A stretch of DNA of 64,000 nucleotides from the human T2T-CHM13v2.0 reference genome, Homo sapiens. Positions 28,613-48,030 of this stretch are shown here, one piece after another; within the stretch, counting starts at the first letter, position 1, and each line of letters opens with the position of its first letter. Made by a program: the position numbers and the translations under genes. The stretch is taken from the NCBI RefSeq assembly GCF_009914755.1, contig NC_060935.1; one strand, written 5' to 3'. The notes under the pieces were generated by a model. The model ran no database searches and was not told where the DNA came from. It saw only the letters and a list, made by a program, of their open reading frames with translations.

Positions 28613-29315
28613 TGTTAGAGTAGGTAGCTAGGCAGACATGAGCAGGGCAGGAGCCTCTCCTGCCCCCATCTCACCAGGAATGTCAGGCAACCATCAGGTG
28701 AGAGTCAGGCGGTTAAACTCTCTAAAATAACAACTGGTTGCAGCTGGTGCTGGGGAAAGACGGTCTCCCAATCGATAGAAAACACCTGAAACTGGTGATC
28801 AGCAGCTTTCTGATACCATCTCAGGAGATAGGCAAGTCTCAAGCACGCACACTATGAGGCAAAATGGTCGAGTTTAACTGGTATTTGGCCTTCCTCTAGG
28901 AACACTTGGCTGGTAAAAGAATGCCTCAAGTGGGCATGTGTACAGCTTTAGTAAACACACTGTGCATGCAGCCCCTCCTAAGTGCTGGCAGGCCACTGCA
29001 CATGCAGATAGCCCTCTCCAAGGGAAGAATCAGGAGAGAAGGGACACAACCCCCTGGAAGCATGCCAATATATAAAACTCCAGATCAAAGGTCAAACAGT
29101 GCACTGAAATCTCTCAAGTTGCCCGCTTGGCCCTCTTCCAAGTGTTCTTTACTTCCTTTTGTTCCTGCTCTAACACTTTTTAATAAACTTTCACCCCTCT
29201 TCTAAAACATGGCTCAGTGTCTCACTCTGCCTTATGCCCTTTGGCCGAATTCTTTCTTCTGAGGAGGCAAGAATTGAGGTTGCTGCAGACCCAGATAGAT
29301 TTGCCACTGCTAACA
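28613..29315 (+). mobile_element. ERV1 solo LTR, MER50-like
   Basis: TG...CA termini (tgttagagtaggtagctaggcagacatgagcagggcagg ... gccactgctaaca). 4-bp TSD ACAT at 28609-28612 and 29316-29319. TATAAAA at 29071 and AATAAA at 29182. Family name from recalled consensus. Confidence 0.8.
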
Positions 29316-29351
29316 ACATTTATGAAAGCTTTGAGACTGGTGTGTTTGTGA

Positions 29352-30270
<919 letters not shown>

Positions 30271-30515
30271 GGCCCCTTTCCCTCTACCACTTTTTTTTAC
30301 TGAATATGCATTGCTCTCCATCAGGAATAAAATAAAGGAAAAAAACAAAAACAACCTCCATGAAACCTATAAATGACAAAGATTTGGGGAAAACAGGAAA
30401 TTCCACTCAGGAAGCAAGAAGATTATACCAAAGAACTTAATAAATAGGGGCTCATTATCCTTCCCCAAGGAAGATAAAAATCACAGAATTCCTAGGTTAG
30501 GATATCTAGTTCAGG

Positions 30516-30693
30516 AATGACTGGCTACATAATTTGCAGAGCCCAGTGTAAAATGAAAACGCAGAACTTCCTGTTAAAAAAACTATTAAGAACTTCAAGA
30601 TAGTAATAGTGGAGTGTTAAACGAAGTGCAAGACCTTCTAAGGATGGGGCTCTTTGTGACTCCACAGTTCACATGTCCACGAACCTGGTCTTA
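30516..30693 (-). mobile_element. MER45A-like (hAT-Tip100)
   Basis: gactggctacataatttgcagagcccagtgtaaaatgaaaa...ttaagaacttcaaga matches the recalled MER45A reverse complement. Confidence 0.7.
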
Positions 30694-30744
30694 CATCTAG
30701 GGGCTCCCTAACCTGGCTGGTCCTCAGAATCACCTGAGGAACTT

Positions 30745-31225
30745 TTTTTTAAAGAATGAGACATAATTTACACGCCATAAATTTCAGCATTTTAAAGTGT
30801 AAAATACAGTGGTTTTTAGTATACTCATGAAAGTGTACAAATATCATCACTATCTAATTCCAGAACATTTTTACCACTCCAAGAAGAAACCCCATACTCA
30901 TAAGCAGTCGCTTCTCACACTGTCACTCTCAGTCACCACCAATGTACTTTCTGTCTCTGTGGATTTGCCTGCTCTGAGCCTTCATACAAACGGAATCATA
31001 AAAAGATGGTCCTCTCTGTCTTCTTTCACTTAACATGTTTTCAGTACTTCATACCATTTTATGGCTTAGTAATATATATGTATATACCATATTTGATTTA
31101 TTGATGGATATTTGGGTTGTTTCCACTTTTTGGCTATTATGAATAATACTGCTGTGAACATTCTTGTACAAGTGTTTGTGTAAACATGTTTTGGGAATAT
31201 GCCTGCGAGTAGAATTCCTGGGTCA
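30745..31225 (-). mobile_element. L1MB-like 3' end
   Basis: gagacataatttacac...cattttaaagtgt...tctctgtggatttgcct...gttgtttccacttttttggctattatgaataat. Confidence 0.8.
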
Positions 31226-31900
31226 ATTCTACTGCCCCAGAAAAAACTCTGCTCTTCAACCATCCCAGAGAGTTTGAGATGAGCCTAAACAAATGTTAAG
31301 GAGCATTTCTACAATTTAACACTCATTTCAAAAAGGTGAGCTACTCTTTTGTGAAGATTATAAAAACCCAAACATAAATCACTGTTTCCTCCTTTTATCT
31401 GTCCCCTCCCAAGTAAACATAAATGAACACTGAATCGTCAATAATCATCACAAAGAACCCGCACAAACAAGGGTCAAGTGTGACTGTGCAGGATGGCCTG
31501 AAATGGGCTAGGACAGACAGAGATGAAGGAGAGAAGGGACCAAGGTGAGACCTTCCCTATGGGATGGGTGACAGATAATGGGACACAGAGTGCTGGACAG
31601 CACAGGGAAGAGAGAAAACAGGAGGGATGAGGAACGGCAGTGGTGTTGAGGCACCTAAGGAAACACCACAAATACCTTTAGCTTTATCACAACCCCAACA
31701 CTTTTTTTTGGTTTCCAGTTAGAGCATAATTAGGGCCAGGTGTCCCTCTAATATTTGGCCAACCCCTTCACACTCTTTACCCTTTATCTATGAACGCTCT
31801 TCCAACAGGAAACCTTAGCTAGAGCCTGCTCTCAATGCTCCAGGAATCCAAGGGCCTCACCTCAACCCCCTATGAGAAAGATCTGTGTGCGTTCTCATAC

Positions 31901-32201
31901 CTGTGCTCTCCTCAGCCTGATTGAAGCCACAGATCTGGCAGATGCTCTGGACCCACTTATTCATGTCCTCTTCTGTCTCAGCCACCAGGTAAAAGGTGCG
32001 TTCACTGGTCTTGATGTCAAACACAAAACTATCCTGCAGCTCCTTCTTGTTAAAGGTCAGGCCTGCATCTACCTGCTCACAGAAGTTCAGGTTGATGATC
32101 CGCAGAGGCTTCTTGGAGTGATCGTTCTTGTAGTATTCCAGAACATCTGGGTCACCGCTCATCCGGCCACTCCGCAGGATAAACCAGCGTTTCTTCCAGG
32201 C
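31901..32201 (-). CDS. GAB2: GAB2 coding exon 2 (aa 26-126, bulk of the PH domain)
   Basis: Minus strand reads atttag|GCC TGG AAG AAA CGC TGG... = [100 protein letters not shown], then ACA G|gtatga. Acceptor AG at 32203-32202, donor GT at 31900-31899. Length 301 nt, phase 0 to phase 1. Matches the human GAB2 PH domain as recalled. Confidence 0.98.
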
Positions 32202-32248
32202 CTAAATCATATCAGGAAGGAGTAAGAAGAGGGGGAAGAAGTCATTAG

Positions 32249-32842
<594 letters not shown>

Positions 32843-33607
32843 ACGACCTTAAAGCTTTTAATAGGTCCTCAGATATCATAGGTTAAAGACGGGGACTGTG
32901 GGACCTGCAGGTGCCACATGACCTGTCCCCTTTTCAGATTTCCCAAGTTTCAAAAATGGAGGATTACTTTGGAATGCATGTTTGTGCAGCATCTCACTAT
33001 GTAAACAGGGTCTTATCACTATAAAGTAAGATGTGGCATTCCCACTGTCTAGATCAGGAAGTTAGATGATGACACTTTAGAGCAACTATTTCTTTAGGCT
33101 AGAATACAGATCCAAACTCACAGCATTTTTAGGCAAGGGAGAACTTGCAAAGCCATAATCAGTTTATCCATGGGGACCCCCACTAAGGCAGGGTGAGTTG
33201 AAGTAACAATGTTACACACAGTAAGTAGCAGAAAAACAAGTTTTCTAACTTTTTAGTACAACCTGCTTTTAACCAAAACATGATGCCTTAGAAGAATCAC
33301 AGAGAAACTGCTCTAAAAACATGTAACCTCAGGATTATATTTCCTGTCTTGTTCATTGATGTTTCCTTAGTCCTTATGATAATGCCTTGTACCTTACTAA
33401 GCTTTCAATATGTATTACTGAATGAGTAAACTCCTTATACCATTCCATACCACAGAATTGAACACGTGATTACATATTCTCTCAAGTTGTCTTCCATATT
33501 CCATCTCTTCAACAAGACTGAGTAATCTGTAAGCAGACATTGCACAAAGACTACATATAACAGAAATCTGCGTTCAGTCTATGCTTTACCATTGACTGGC
33601 TGTGTGA

Positions 33608-33910
33608 ATTTTTTTTTTTTTTTTGAGACGGAGTTTCGCTCTGTCACCCAGGCTGGAGTGCAGTGGCATGATCTTGGCTCATTGCAACCTCTGCCTCCTG
33701 GGTTCAAGCGGATTTATCCTGCCTCAGCCTACGGAGTAGCTGGGATTACAGATGCCCACCACCACACCCGGCTAATTTTTGTATTTTTAGTAGAGACAGG
33801 GCTTCACCATGTTGGCCAGGCTAGTCTCAAACTCCTGACCTCAGGTGATCCACCTGCCTCAGCCTCCCAAAGTGCTGGGATTACAAGTGTGAGCCACTGT
33901 GTACGCCCGG
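33608..33910 (-). mobile_element. AluS inserted in a MIR
   Basis: Full Alu; ctgtgtga duplicated on the flanks; MIR core resumes (aagtcatttacctctttgaa). Confidence 0.88.
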
Positions 33911-34084
33911 CACTGTGTGATTTTTGATTAAGTCATTTACCTCTTTGAATCCTGCCTCATCTATATGAAAATCACTACCACCACCACCATTTTCCCTACC
34001 TACCCCATAGGGTTATTATGTGAGCCCAAAGCACTTTGTATACACCCTGAAGCACTACAAATGTCAAGGATTTGATTATCACAA

Positions 34085-36190
34085 TTCTTTAGACCCCATG
34101 GGATCTACACTCCATTAATTCTACCATCTTTTCACTCTCACCTTTCATCCCTGTCCTCTTTTCTTTCCTTATCCAACTCTATTTCTGCGATCCATTATCA
34201 TAATTATTCCCTTGCTTCTTTCTCCATTCCTCTTATTTACCCAGCAAACCCCAGCTAAGTCTAATGCTCTGCCAACTCTACCTGTTCCCACTTGGCTGTA
34301 CATACATGGAGAAAATCATATGACCATGCTGACTGGTCTCACTTTTACTTCAAGTGGCCCCTCATGTTGCCCAACAATCCTACTATATTTACCTAGTCAA
34401 TGACTTTCTCCTGTTCTTTGGCAACAATCTCTTGGCCTCTCTCTTTAAACCTCCAATGCCTCCACTCTTTTATATCTTATTTCATGAGAAAACACAAACA
34501 ATCAAAAGAAAATTTACACATGTTCCATGACTACATTTACCATCCTGCCTGCACCTGTAGCTGTGAGCTCTGTTACTAGGGAGCATAGACAGTCCACCCA
34601 ATGAAGGCCAACCTTTTTCCATTTGTGCACAAAGACATCACTTCAACAATTCTCCCCTTCTTCAGAATCGTTGCATTTTTCCTCCTGACTAGGATGATTC
34701 CCATCAAGACATCAACGTTTCCTATCTCAGAAGAAAAAATTAAAAGTTTGACTTGATCCCACAATTCTTCACCAACTATGGCCCAGTTTTTCTACTTCTC
34801 TTTATAGTGATACTTCAAAGAGTATTATATACTACTAATCTTTGTTTCCTCCCCTCCTATTCGAAGGCACTATAATCAGGCTATCCCCCATCCCCCCACC
34901 ACCCCAACTGCACCACTGAAATAGCTCATCAAAGGTGTCAAAGACTTCAGTGCTGATAAATCAACTCATGGGCCTTAACTTGATCTCTCTTGATCTCTCT
35001 CCAACATCTGACAACAGTTTATTATTCCATCCTCTTTGAAACACTTTCTTCACCTGGCTTCAGCATGCACTCTCAACTCTCCTTCTATCTACCGGGCCTC
35101 TCTTTTTCAGTCTCCAGTGCTGGCTCCTCTTCACCTCCCTGACATCCGAACATTAGAATGCCCCAATGCTCAGTTCTGAGATTCTTTTTTTTTTTTCTAC
35201 ACCCACTCTCTAGGTCATTTTATTCAGTTTCACAGCTTTAAAAAACCATCGAATTGCTGTGATTCCCAAATTTATATCTCTAGCCCTAGAGTTGTATATC
35301 CAACTCCTCACTAGTAGGTATCTCAACATTAATGTGTTCAAAACTGAGGTCCTGATATCTCCCAGATCTGTTCTTCCTGCACTCTCTCCCATCTCATTTA
35401 CCAGCACCTTCAGCCTTCCAGTTGTCAGACCAAAAATCTATGTATCATAGCTGACTCCTTTCATACTCTACATCTAACCCAAAAGCAAATCCTGTCAGTT
35501 CAGACAGTTCAGAATATATCAACAATGAGCTTGCTTCTCCTCACCTCCACTGTTGCTCACCTGGTCTAGTCCACCATTTTGTAGTCTTCCTGCTTCCACC
35601 CTTTCATCCTGCAGTCTATCCTCAACCGCAAAGTAAGAAAGCAGGAAGTAAATCAGAAGATGCCACTTCTCCGCTCACCATCTGCAATGGCTGTTCATCT
35701 CACTCAGAGTAAAGCCAAAGTCCCCACAATGGCCTACAGGCCTGATGGGACTGAGCCTCATCCCACCCCTCACCTCAGCTCCTGCTGCCCTCTGCCTTGC
35801 CTATTCTGCTCTGGCCACGTGGCCTTACACAGTGCCAGGCGTGCTCCTGCCTCACGGTCTTTAGTCTAGTTGTTTCCTGGCCCTGGAACACTCCTCCCCC
35901 AGATATTTCCATTGCTTAATCTTTTTTTCTAGTCCTTATTCAAATGTCACATTACTGGACAGGCTATTCCTGGTCCCCGATGCTCCCACTCTCTTTCCCC
36001 CCTTACCCTGCTTTACTGGTCTCACAAAGCATGTATACCCCCAAAAGATATCAATTTTTATGACTTTTCCGCACCCACCTCCCAGAAAGTAAACTCCTCC
36101 AGGACAAGGATTGGTTCTTTTTATTCCATGATGCATCCTTGGTGTTTAGAATATTGCCTGGCACATAGCTAGTAATCAATATATATATAA
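34085..36190 (+). mobile_element. Long L2 fragment (ORF2 3' part and 3' end)
   Basis: Pyrimidine-rich; gaaacactttcttcacctggcttc, gattcccaaatttatatctctagcc, caaaactgaggtcctgat; ends tgcctggcacatag...caatatatat. Confidence 0.8.
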
Positions 36191-36775
36191 TTAATGAATC
36201 ATTTTCTTGCATGAAATCCTTCTATTATCTAGCAGGTCAAAGGAGACATAACTGGTGCCCAATAAGCCTTAGACTGAAATGAAAATTGAGGTATAGCCAG
36301 ATAGGATGGAGCTGAGAAAAATAAAAATAAGTACTATTTATTTATAGTAATTTAAAATCTTAACCCGGTCACTGCTTTCAGAATTATGCATGTACTTCTG
36401 TGTGCTGCAGGTTCACACATAGACACATAGTGTGTGGGCACCAAGGTGCATTTTAAAAAGATCTGTTTCTAGTTCAGCTGGCATTTCAGTTGATGTGTCC
36501 CCGTTAGTCTTGTCTCTGTGGAAAGAGCTGTCCCCAAATCTCTGGTATGCAGGTGCAAGCACAAAAAACACAGACACCCTCATGAACAAGAAAACCATGT
36601 TTGCTACAGATAATATCAGAGCCTGTCAGGTTTTGCTTCCAAGTAAGTGGTGTAGGATGATAAATGGCTGCCTACAAAATACTGATATATTTATGACAGA
36701 GTCAGCAAGGCTGTCTAGTCTAGTCCCAAATTCACACATCCCTCTTCCACCACAACACCTTCTCTCCACTTCCAG

Positions 36776-37065
36776 GTTTTATTTATTTATATATATTTTT
36801 AGAGTACCCAGGCTGGTGTGCAGTGGCATCATCTCGTTCACTGCAACTTCCACCTCCCAGGTTCAGGCGATTCTCCCGCCTCCGCCTCTCTTCAGTAAAT
36901 GGGATTACAGGCGTGTGCCACTATGCCCAGCTAATTTTGTATTTTTAGTAGAGACGGGGTTTCACCATGTTGGTCAGGCTGGTATTGAACTCCTAACCTT
37001 AATTGATCCACCCACCTCAGCCTCCCAAAGTGCTGGGATTACAGGCGTGAGCCACGGCATGGGGC
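36776..37065 (-). mobile_element. AluS
   Basis: Alu body; accounts for the C-terminal half of the 234-aa ORF 36432..37136. Confidence 0.88.
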
Positions 37066-38234
37066 CCCATGTGTTTTTAAAAAGCCAAACAATTCAGAAC
37101 CAAGTACAAACAACTCTAAGTGTCTGGCCTCAGTGACAACTTCCCTGATCCATTCATCTGAAGTGGACCTCTATTTCCTCGGAACCTTCATAATGCTTTT
37201 TATGTTCTTTTCAAGGCATGTCAGTTTTTACAACAATCATGAGTGTTTTTGTACTTGTCTCTTCCCAACTAGGACATGAACAAAATTCTTTATTGCCAAA
37301 GCTTTCTTACCGCTCTCACCTCAATTATGTTTCCTTCCTCCATCGCTCTTTCCCTCCTTTGTTTCCTTACATCCAACAAATATTTATTCAGTGCTTACTA
37401 TGCTCTAGGTATTATTCTAATGCTGAGGATACAGCATGAATTCCTCGTCTCACAGAATTTACAGGAGCACTAAAAATTACCTATTATTCTCCAAATAGTA
37501 AGTCATGTAATTTCATGACTTTATGTCTTTGCACAAGCTATGGCTTCTGCCTAGAAAGGCTTTCACCTTACCTCATCCATCTGGAGAATTTCTATGTTCT
37601 CTCAGTGCCAGCACAAATGTCACTTCTCCTGGAAGGCCTTTATTGACTCCCCCAGGTAGAGCTGGAGGTGCTTCTGCTTGTTTTCCCTTACTAACCTGTG
37701 CTTACCCCACGCTGGCATTTCTTTCCCCGGGTTTGACATTTCTACTCCCTGCTTTGGCATTTCTAATGCTTATATGTCTTTCTCCCCTTTAAGTTCTGAG
37801 CATCCTGAGATTAAGGTCCAATGTGGCCAAAAACTACATGGCAGAGTGCTTAACACATATAGGAGCTCAGGGAAGATCTGTTGATTTTTTTTCATTCCAT
37901 GAATATGTTAATTTGTTCAAATTAATAAAACTTATACGTAAGCTTTCACAGTAGGAAGTAGAAAAGAAGGACAGCAAGAGGATTACAGAAAAAAGAATAA
38001 GATAAAGATGTGTAATAGATTCTCTATGGTGTGAGTTATTTGGCACCTTGTTCCCTTCATTCTGATAAGTGCAGTATCCATGTAATAAATATTTATAAGG
38101 GGGGTCTGGGAGCTTCACCTGAAAAGTAACCCATGATACAAAAATGAAAAATTGCTGTTGGATTACTGACACATAATGCAAGGAGAATACGGGACATGAG
38201 TCCTGAATATGCTATTAAAGAGAAAGCTTTTTCA

Positions 38235-40745
<2,511 letters not shown>

Positions 40746-41113
40746 ATTTCATGAGAAATCAACAAGCTCCTTGTATAGAATTCAGTAAAAACAAACACAA
40801 AATGTGTTGAATGCTTTGACAGATAAAGAGGCAAGGCCCAAAAATACTCCTTTGAAGTAACTTACAATATTTACAAAGTTTCAGGAAGTTAAGACATTAA
40901 TATATATCCCTAAAACTAGAAGATTTTTTTGTAAGCACCATAAAAAAAGACATAATACGCTAGTAGACCACTGAAGCAGGGAATCAAACTTTCAGGGTTA
41001 AGAGAGAGAAACAGCATGAGAGAAAGCAAACATGCACGAGAGAGAAGGAGCAATGAACACAAACAATGAGGAAGGTAGGGTTTGATATGCGGTTTTGGAA
41101 AGGAAGAACAGGA

Positions 41114-41146
<33 letters not shown>

Positions 41147-42212
41147 ACAACATACAGTATGACCAATGACCAAGGCCTGGGCATGGGAACAGATAAAATA
41201 GGTTCAGAGAATATGGCACAGTCTTCTCAATATGGAAAAGAGGGAGGAAAGGAAGAGTTTGGAGGTCCTGAAAAGCCTTGAATGCCACCCTAAGAAGTTT
41301 CATCTTTCCTTTATTTGTAACGGGGAGCCATTGAAGAGTATAGATCAGCAGAGAAATGTTAACCAATGCTGTGCTCTCATCTGGCAAAGTGCGGGAGACA
41401 AACCAGAAAAATAAAAAATAAGAGACAAGAAAACAATTAAGAAGCTGTTGCGATAGTCTGCAATGGTGAGAGAAGATGGCAATCTAAATTAGGGTAGTAA
41501 TAACGGAGACAAAAGACAATGAAAGTCACTTTACTTAACAGTGGGGCTTAAAGAAGTATATGGATAGGGTCTACTGTCAAGAAAGTTGGAAAAAAGAATT
41601 TGTGTCTAGGATCAAGGGTATGCCACTCCCATCTCTGATGAAATAGAAGTGACTGTTTTCCTTCTGTCAGAAAACAAACCATTTCACAACCATCAAGACC
41701 ACAAAGTGTGGGTACATATGACCTGGAAGTTGCATCACTCCTAGCTGTTGAACAGACAGTACATGTCACATGAACCTGTCTCTATCCTTTGGGTTAGATC
41801 TCAAGGTCTTCAAGCATGTAGAATGAGGCTATAACTTCCTCTTATTGCTCTTGGCGCCCAGAAAACCTAGGTGGGCCACAATTTAGCTGTGCAAGAGTGT
41901 TATGCTCCCTTCTGGTGACAATGAAGGCCCGTGAAAGTTTATCACACCAGGATTCTGCAAGATTCTGCCTGGAGTCATGATCATAGTGTTGTTCTAAGAT
42001 ATAAAGGGCCGCCAATATGTGGAAGAGCGATTTGATTTATTTTTAGTTACTCAACATACTCAAGTTGAACAAGTACCAGCAGGAGCAGTCTACGGAAAAC
42101 CAAATTTTATTTTTTTTAGAACGTAAGAACTTTCTAAATGAGTGGTCCAAAGCAGGTCTCTTGGAAACTGGAGAATACTCAACACTGGAGATTTTGAAGA
42201 AAGAGGCAAGGT

Positions 42213-42410
42213 GAGGGATCAGCAAACTTTGTTAAGGATGTTAGCAAATATTTTGGGTTTTACAGGTCATATTTTCTCTGTCATAACTACTCAGTTCTAT
42301 AGTGGCATGACAGCAACCATACACAATTCATAAGCAAACAGGCATGGCTGTGTTCCAATAAAACTGCTTAGAAAAAGAAGTGGTGGCAGGATTTGTTTGT
42401 TGACTCCTGG
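42213..42410 (+). mobile_element. MER58A-like (hAT-Charlie)
   Basis: agggatcagcaaactt...tagcaaatattttgggttttacagg...catggctgtgttccaataaaact...tttgttgactcctg. Confidence 0.75.
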
Positions 42411-42472
42411 CCTAAACAAAGGGTGGGAAGGTTGGGGAGTGTGACAGAAGAAGGGCTCAAAGAGTAGATCAA

Positions 42473-42810
<338 letters not shown>

Positions 42811-42848
42811 CTACCTAAGGTCTATTCTCCCCTATCTTGAGAGACTTA

Positions 42849-43145
42849 CTTTTTTCTTTTTTTTTTTTTTTGCGACAGGGTCTCCCTCTGTTGCCCAGAC
42901 GGGAGTGCAGTGGCGCAAACATGGCTCACTGTAGCCCCGACCTCCTAGGCTCAAGCGATCCTCCTACCTCAGCCTCCCATTTAGCTGTGATCACAGGATG
43001 CGCCATCATACCCAGTTAATTTTTTTTTTTAGAGATGGAGTCTCACTATGCTGGCTAGGCTAATGTCAAATTCATAGGCTCAAGTAATTCTCCCACCTCA
43101 GCATCCCAAAGTGCTGGAATTACAGATGAGCCACTGTACCCAGCC
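42849..43145 (-). mobile_element. AluJ, tail-to-tail inverted with the previous Alu
   Basis: Poly(T)-led Alu about 65 nt after the plus-strand Alu. Confidence 0.88.
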
Positions 43146-43285
43146 CCTTATGTATTTTTTAACTAAGAAAACATGATATGGTAACACCTCATTTAATCAG
43201 ATTACTCAGATTCTTAGAACAGAGGGATGTGTTCTTCTGAATAACCACATCTCCACCTGGGAGCTTCACTAAGAGGTGTGTAGGG

Positions 43286-43322
<37 letters not shown>
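43286..43322. repeat. (TG)n(AG)n compound microsatellite
   Basis: Seen directly. Confidence 0.9.
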
Positions 43323-45192
43323 TCAGTCTTTGTTATTGGTGAATTTTTAAAAAATAAGGCAAAGAGCTTTTTGAAGATACAACTGTTATGTTCTTCATAT
43401 ACCCGCCTAACAGGTTTAAATTATAGGTATCACCCAGTAACCTCAGTTAGATTCAGATTAACCATAAACCTCACTTCATAGGATTCTCTAGGTTTACTGG
43501 CAGTTTTTGGTTTTACCCTCTTCAGAAAGCGGGAAGTTAAAAGGACACGCCTATTCCAGGAGTTTCGCAAAAGCCTCTTCCAAGTAATGTCTTGCCCCTT
43601 CTACAACCTTAGCCACAAGGCACGTGAGATTTGGTATCAGAAAAGATGATTTGAGACCTTGAGAAGTCCTTAGTCATCAAAGAAGAGTTCTGTTATCTTT
43701 GGTATACCAAAGTCAGGGCAGAAGATAGAAGATTCTGGAGGTTTAGAAATATTTTCAACTGTCAACTCTCAGGTGGTGATGTGGTTGAGTTCTAGCTCAA
43801 ACAAACACAAAGACACAGGGGAATCTGATCTCACTTCTGAACATATGATGTACAAGTCTATCCTAATATATTTCAACACGAAGCTACTATGCCAGTCTCG
43901 TGTCCCATAATAGTTAACAGCAAACATTACAAGAGTACAGTGGGAGTCATGTAACAGTTACACATTTTTGAAGGCACACTTCCTGAGCGAGGAAAGGCTT
44001 TTTGCTATCCTTCCTCTAGCAATCCTTCGACTACTCTGGACCATAGAGACTTTATACTCTCTGAGGAAATTTTTAAAAGTGTATTTGCTGAGCTCTTGCT
44101 ACCTGCCATGTGCTTTCTACTCATTATCACATTTAATCCTTTAACAAATGCTGCAAGGTAAATAGGATCCTCTTAACAGGTGAGGAAAAAGAAGTTCATA
44201 GAGATTAAACAACTTACAGAGACCACAGCCCAAGATCTTCTTATTCTGTGGGTCCAGACCCACAAAGAACTTGAGGTGAAGCTACTGCAGATGAATTGCT
44301 CACTACACTTTGAGAAACACTGGCCACAGAGTTTATGAATTCAAGTTTATAGTTAATTGGTGATGGCAGATGGCAATAATGCAACTAGAATCTAGGCCTC
44401 AGCTCCTAGTCCAAAGTTATTTCCACTCCTCAAATGCAGATCCCCTAGAAGAGAGCAGCATAGTTAACTGTATTTGTTCTGGACTCATTCATCTGAGAAA
44501 GGGCAGATAAGTACAGTTTCCCTCGGACTCTAAAGGAACTTATTTGCTCCTCGGGCACAGAATGAATTTTTTCTTACCCCAAGACTATGACATTCTGAGG
44601 TCAGGGGCTTTTGTATCTCCAGCATTTATTTAGCACAGGACTTGATACTTCCAAAGCACTATATAACTGTTCAATGAAAGTTATACCAAAGGAACAAAAT
44701 AATGTTTATTTGCTTCTGTTTTGGGGGAAAAAAACCTCTCAGTCAGATGATCTGTTAATTTAACACAATCTCTATTCCAGGTAAGATGGTACACAGACAC
44801 CATAAACACAAAAGATCACCTAGAATCCTTTATATAAAGCTGACTCCAACTATAGGCTTCAAGGAGTAGATCATGGTAATCTAGATTAAGCCAATTTGCA
44901 CCATTTCATCCTACATGCCACTGTGATCAGTTTAGCGACAAGCGTTATGTTCCAAGCCAGCTCAGAGTCATTAAGATTCAACTCCAGGACCTTTGTTTTG
45001 TGTTACTCAAACTGGCTGTGTCACTGGACAAAGGGTTGTCACAATATTTCCCTGAAGTTGCAGGAACCACTATTTGTCGCCTAAGAACAGCCAACCGAGA
45101 GAGAGCAAGAGAAAAAGAGTACGTGTGAGAGTGAGGGAGAGCGAGAGCATGCAAGCAGGTTAAAAGATGGATATTGATGAAATATGAGTCTT

Positions 45193-46494
<1,302 letters not shown>

Positions 46495-47207
46495 AATGTG
46501 AGTCTTAACCTGAGGCTGAGGCCAGATTTAGATTTTCCCCTTAGACTTTCCGGGTCAATAAACTCTTTCCTCATTTAAGGTAACTTAGGTCACTGATCAA
46601 TACAGGCTGTAACCATATGTCCGAACCAGTTTGCTACCACCGGAGTAACTCAGGGGTCCTTTACAAGAGCCCTGATCATATTCATTATTCAATCCACTTT
46701 CTTTTTCCTTCACTTTCAATGTCTTTTCCATTAGCACTTACTCACACCTACACAAACTCTCCCTTCCTCATTCCAATCATTCAATCAACATTTATGAAAT
46801 CCAGTAATGCCAGGTCCTTCAGGATCTCATGACTTATGGAAAGGGCAGACAAGTACAGTACATAGGTAACTCAGTACATGGTCAGTGCTCTTATAATGGT
46901 ATGAACAGAGGTTCTCAGCACAGTTCATGTAGGTGTTCTCAGCACCCACATGAACAGTGGATGCTTGACGGAGAGGACTACTCTGCTTGCCTCGAGGAGT
47001 CACAGAAGTTTTACAGGACAGGTGGCACTTGGATTGGGTATTGAAGGATGTGAAGAGTTTTGCTGGGTGAAGAAAAACTGCTGGAGGGAGAACTTTCAGG
47101 AAAAGAGAGTAAGATGAGTATAGGTGACTCTTGTTATTTCTGGTAGTTATGGTCTGTAAAGTCAGCACAAACACTGTATTAGTTAATATTGAATCATTCC
47201 TCTGGGG

Positions 47208-47541
47208 CAGCGATCCCCAACCTTTTTGGCACCAACGGCTGGTTTTGTGGAAGATAATTTTTCCATGGAAAGGGGTAGGGACGGTTTTGGGATGAAACTG
47301 TTCCACTTCAGATCATCAGGCATTAGATTCTAATAAGGAGTATGCAACCTAGGTCCCTTGCATGTGCAGTTCACAATAGAGTTTACTCTTCTATGAGAAT
47401 CTGATGTCACCGCTGATCTGATGGGAGGTGGAGCTTAGACAGTAATGCTCACTCACCAGCTGCTCACCTCCTGCTGTGAGGCCCAGTTCCTAACAGGCCA
47501 GACTGGTAAGGGTCCTCGGCCCAGGGGGCTGGGGACCCCTG
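47208..47541 (-). mobile_element. MER1B (hAT-Charlie) with an 8-bp TSD
   Basis: TIRs cagcgatccccaacc...ggggacccctg; TSD ctctgggg (47200-47207) and ctctaggg (47542-47549). Confidence 0.85.
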
Positions 47542-48030
47542 CTCTAGGGGAAAAATACCAGATTAGGTTCCTCTTAGCCTCTGGTCACATTTTTATCAAT
47601 CGGTCAATACATAACCTCGTTTTATATGTGTTTCTGTTTAAAGACACCTTATTTAATATTTGTTGATTCAGTAAGACTGAACTCATGGCTAACAGCACTT
47701 CAACTCTGCCTGAACAAAGCTTATCTAATACATGTATTTTCTCAGTAAGGCACATTACAGCCTTCTTGTGTTTAGAAACACTAGACAGAACTTCAGCACT
47801 ATGCTTGGGGATCTTTTTAAACAGTGAAATCACCAACAAAAAGCACAAAAATGCAAAAAACATGGTACCCGATATATGACAAAGAAGACACTTGTTTACA
47901 GGATGAGAGGTGAAATAAGTACACAAAACACTGCCTTGTGCCACCTCAGCTGGGAATGTGCACGTCAGGAGACTCAGATGTTTTCACTGCCCTGTCCATG
48001 TGAATGTCTGAGATTAACAGCCAAAGCATG

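Noticed and set aside
31872-32225. 117-aa plus-strand ORF
   Set aside because: Antisense shadow of GAB2 exon 2.
36432-37136. Longest ORF in the track (234 aa, +)
   Set aside because: GTG start, C-terminal half is Alu-derived ([16 protein letters not shown]), no recognisable domain; a chance ORF.
41116-41142. Isolated poly(T) tract as a possible retrocopy tail
   Set aside because: No recognisable body or TSD next to it; treated as a simple homopolymer.
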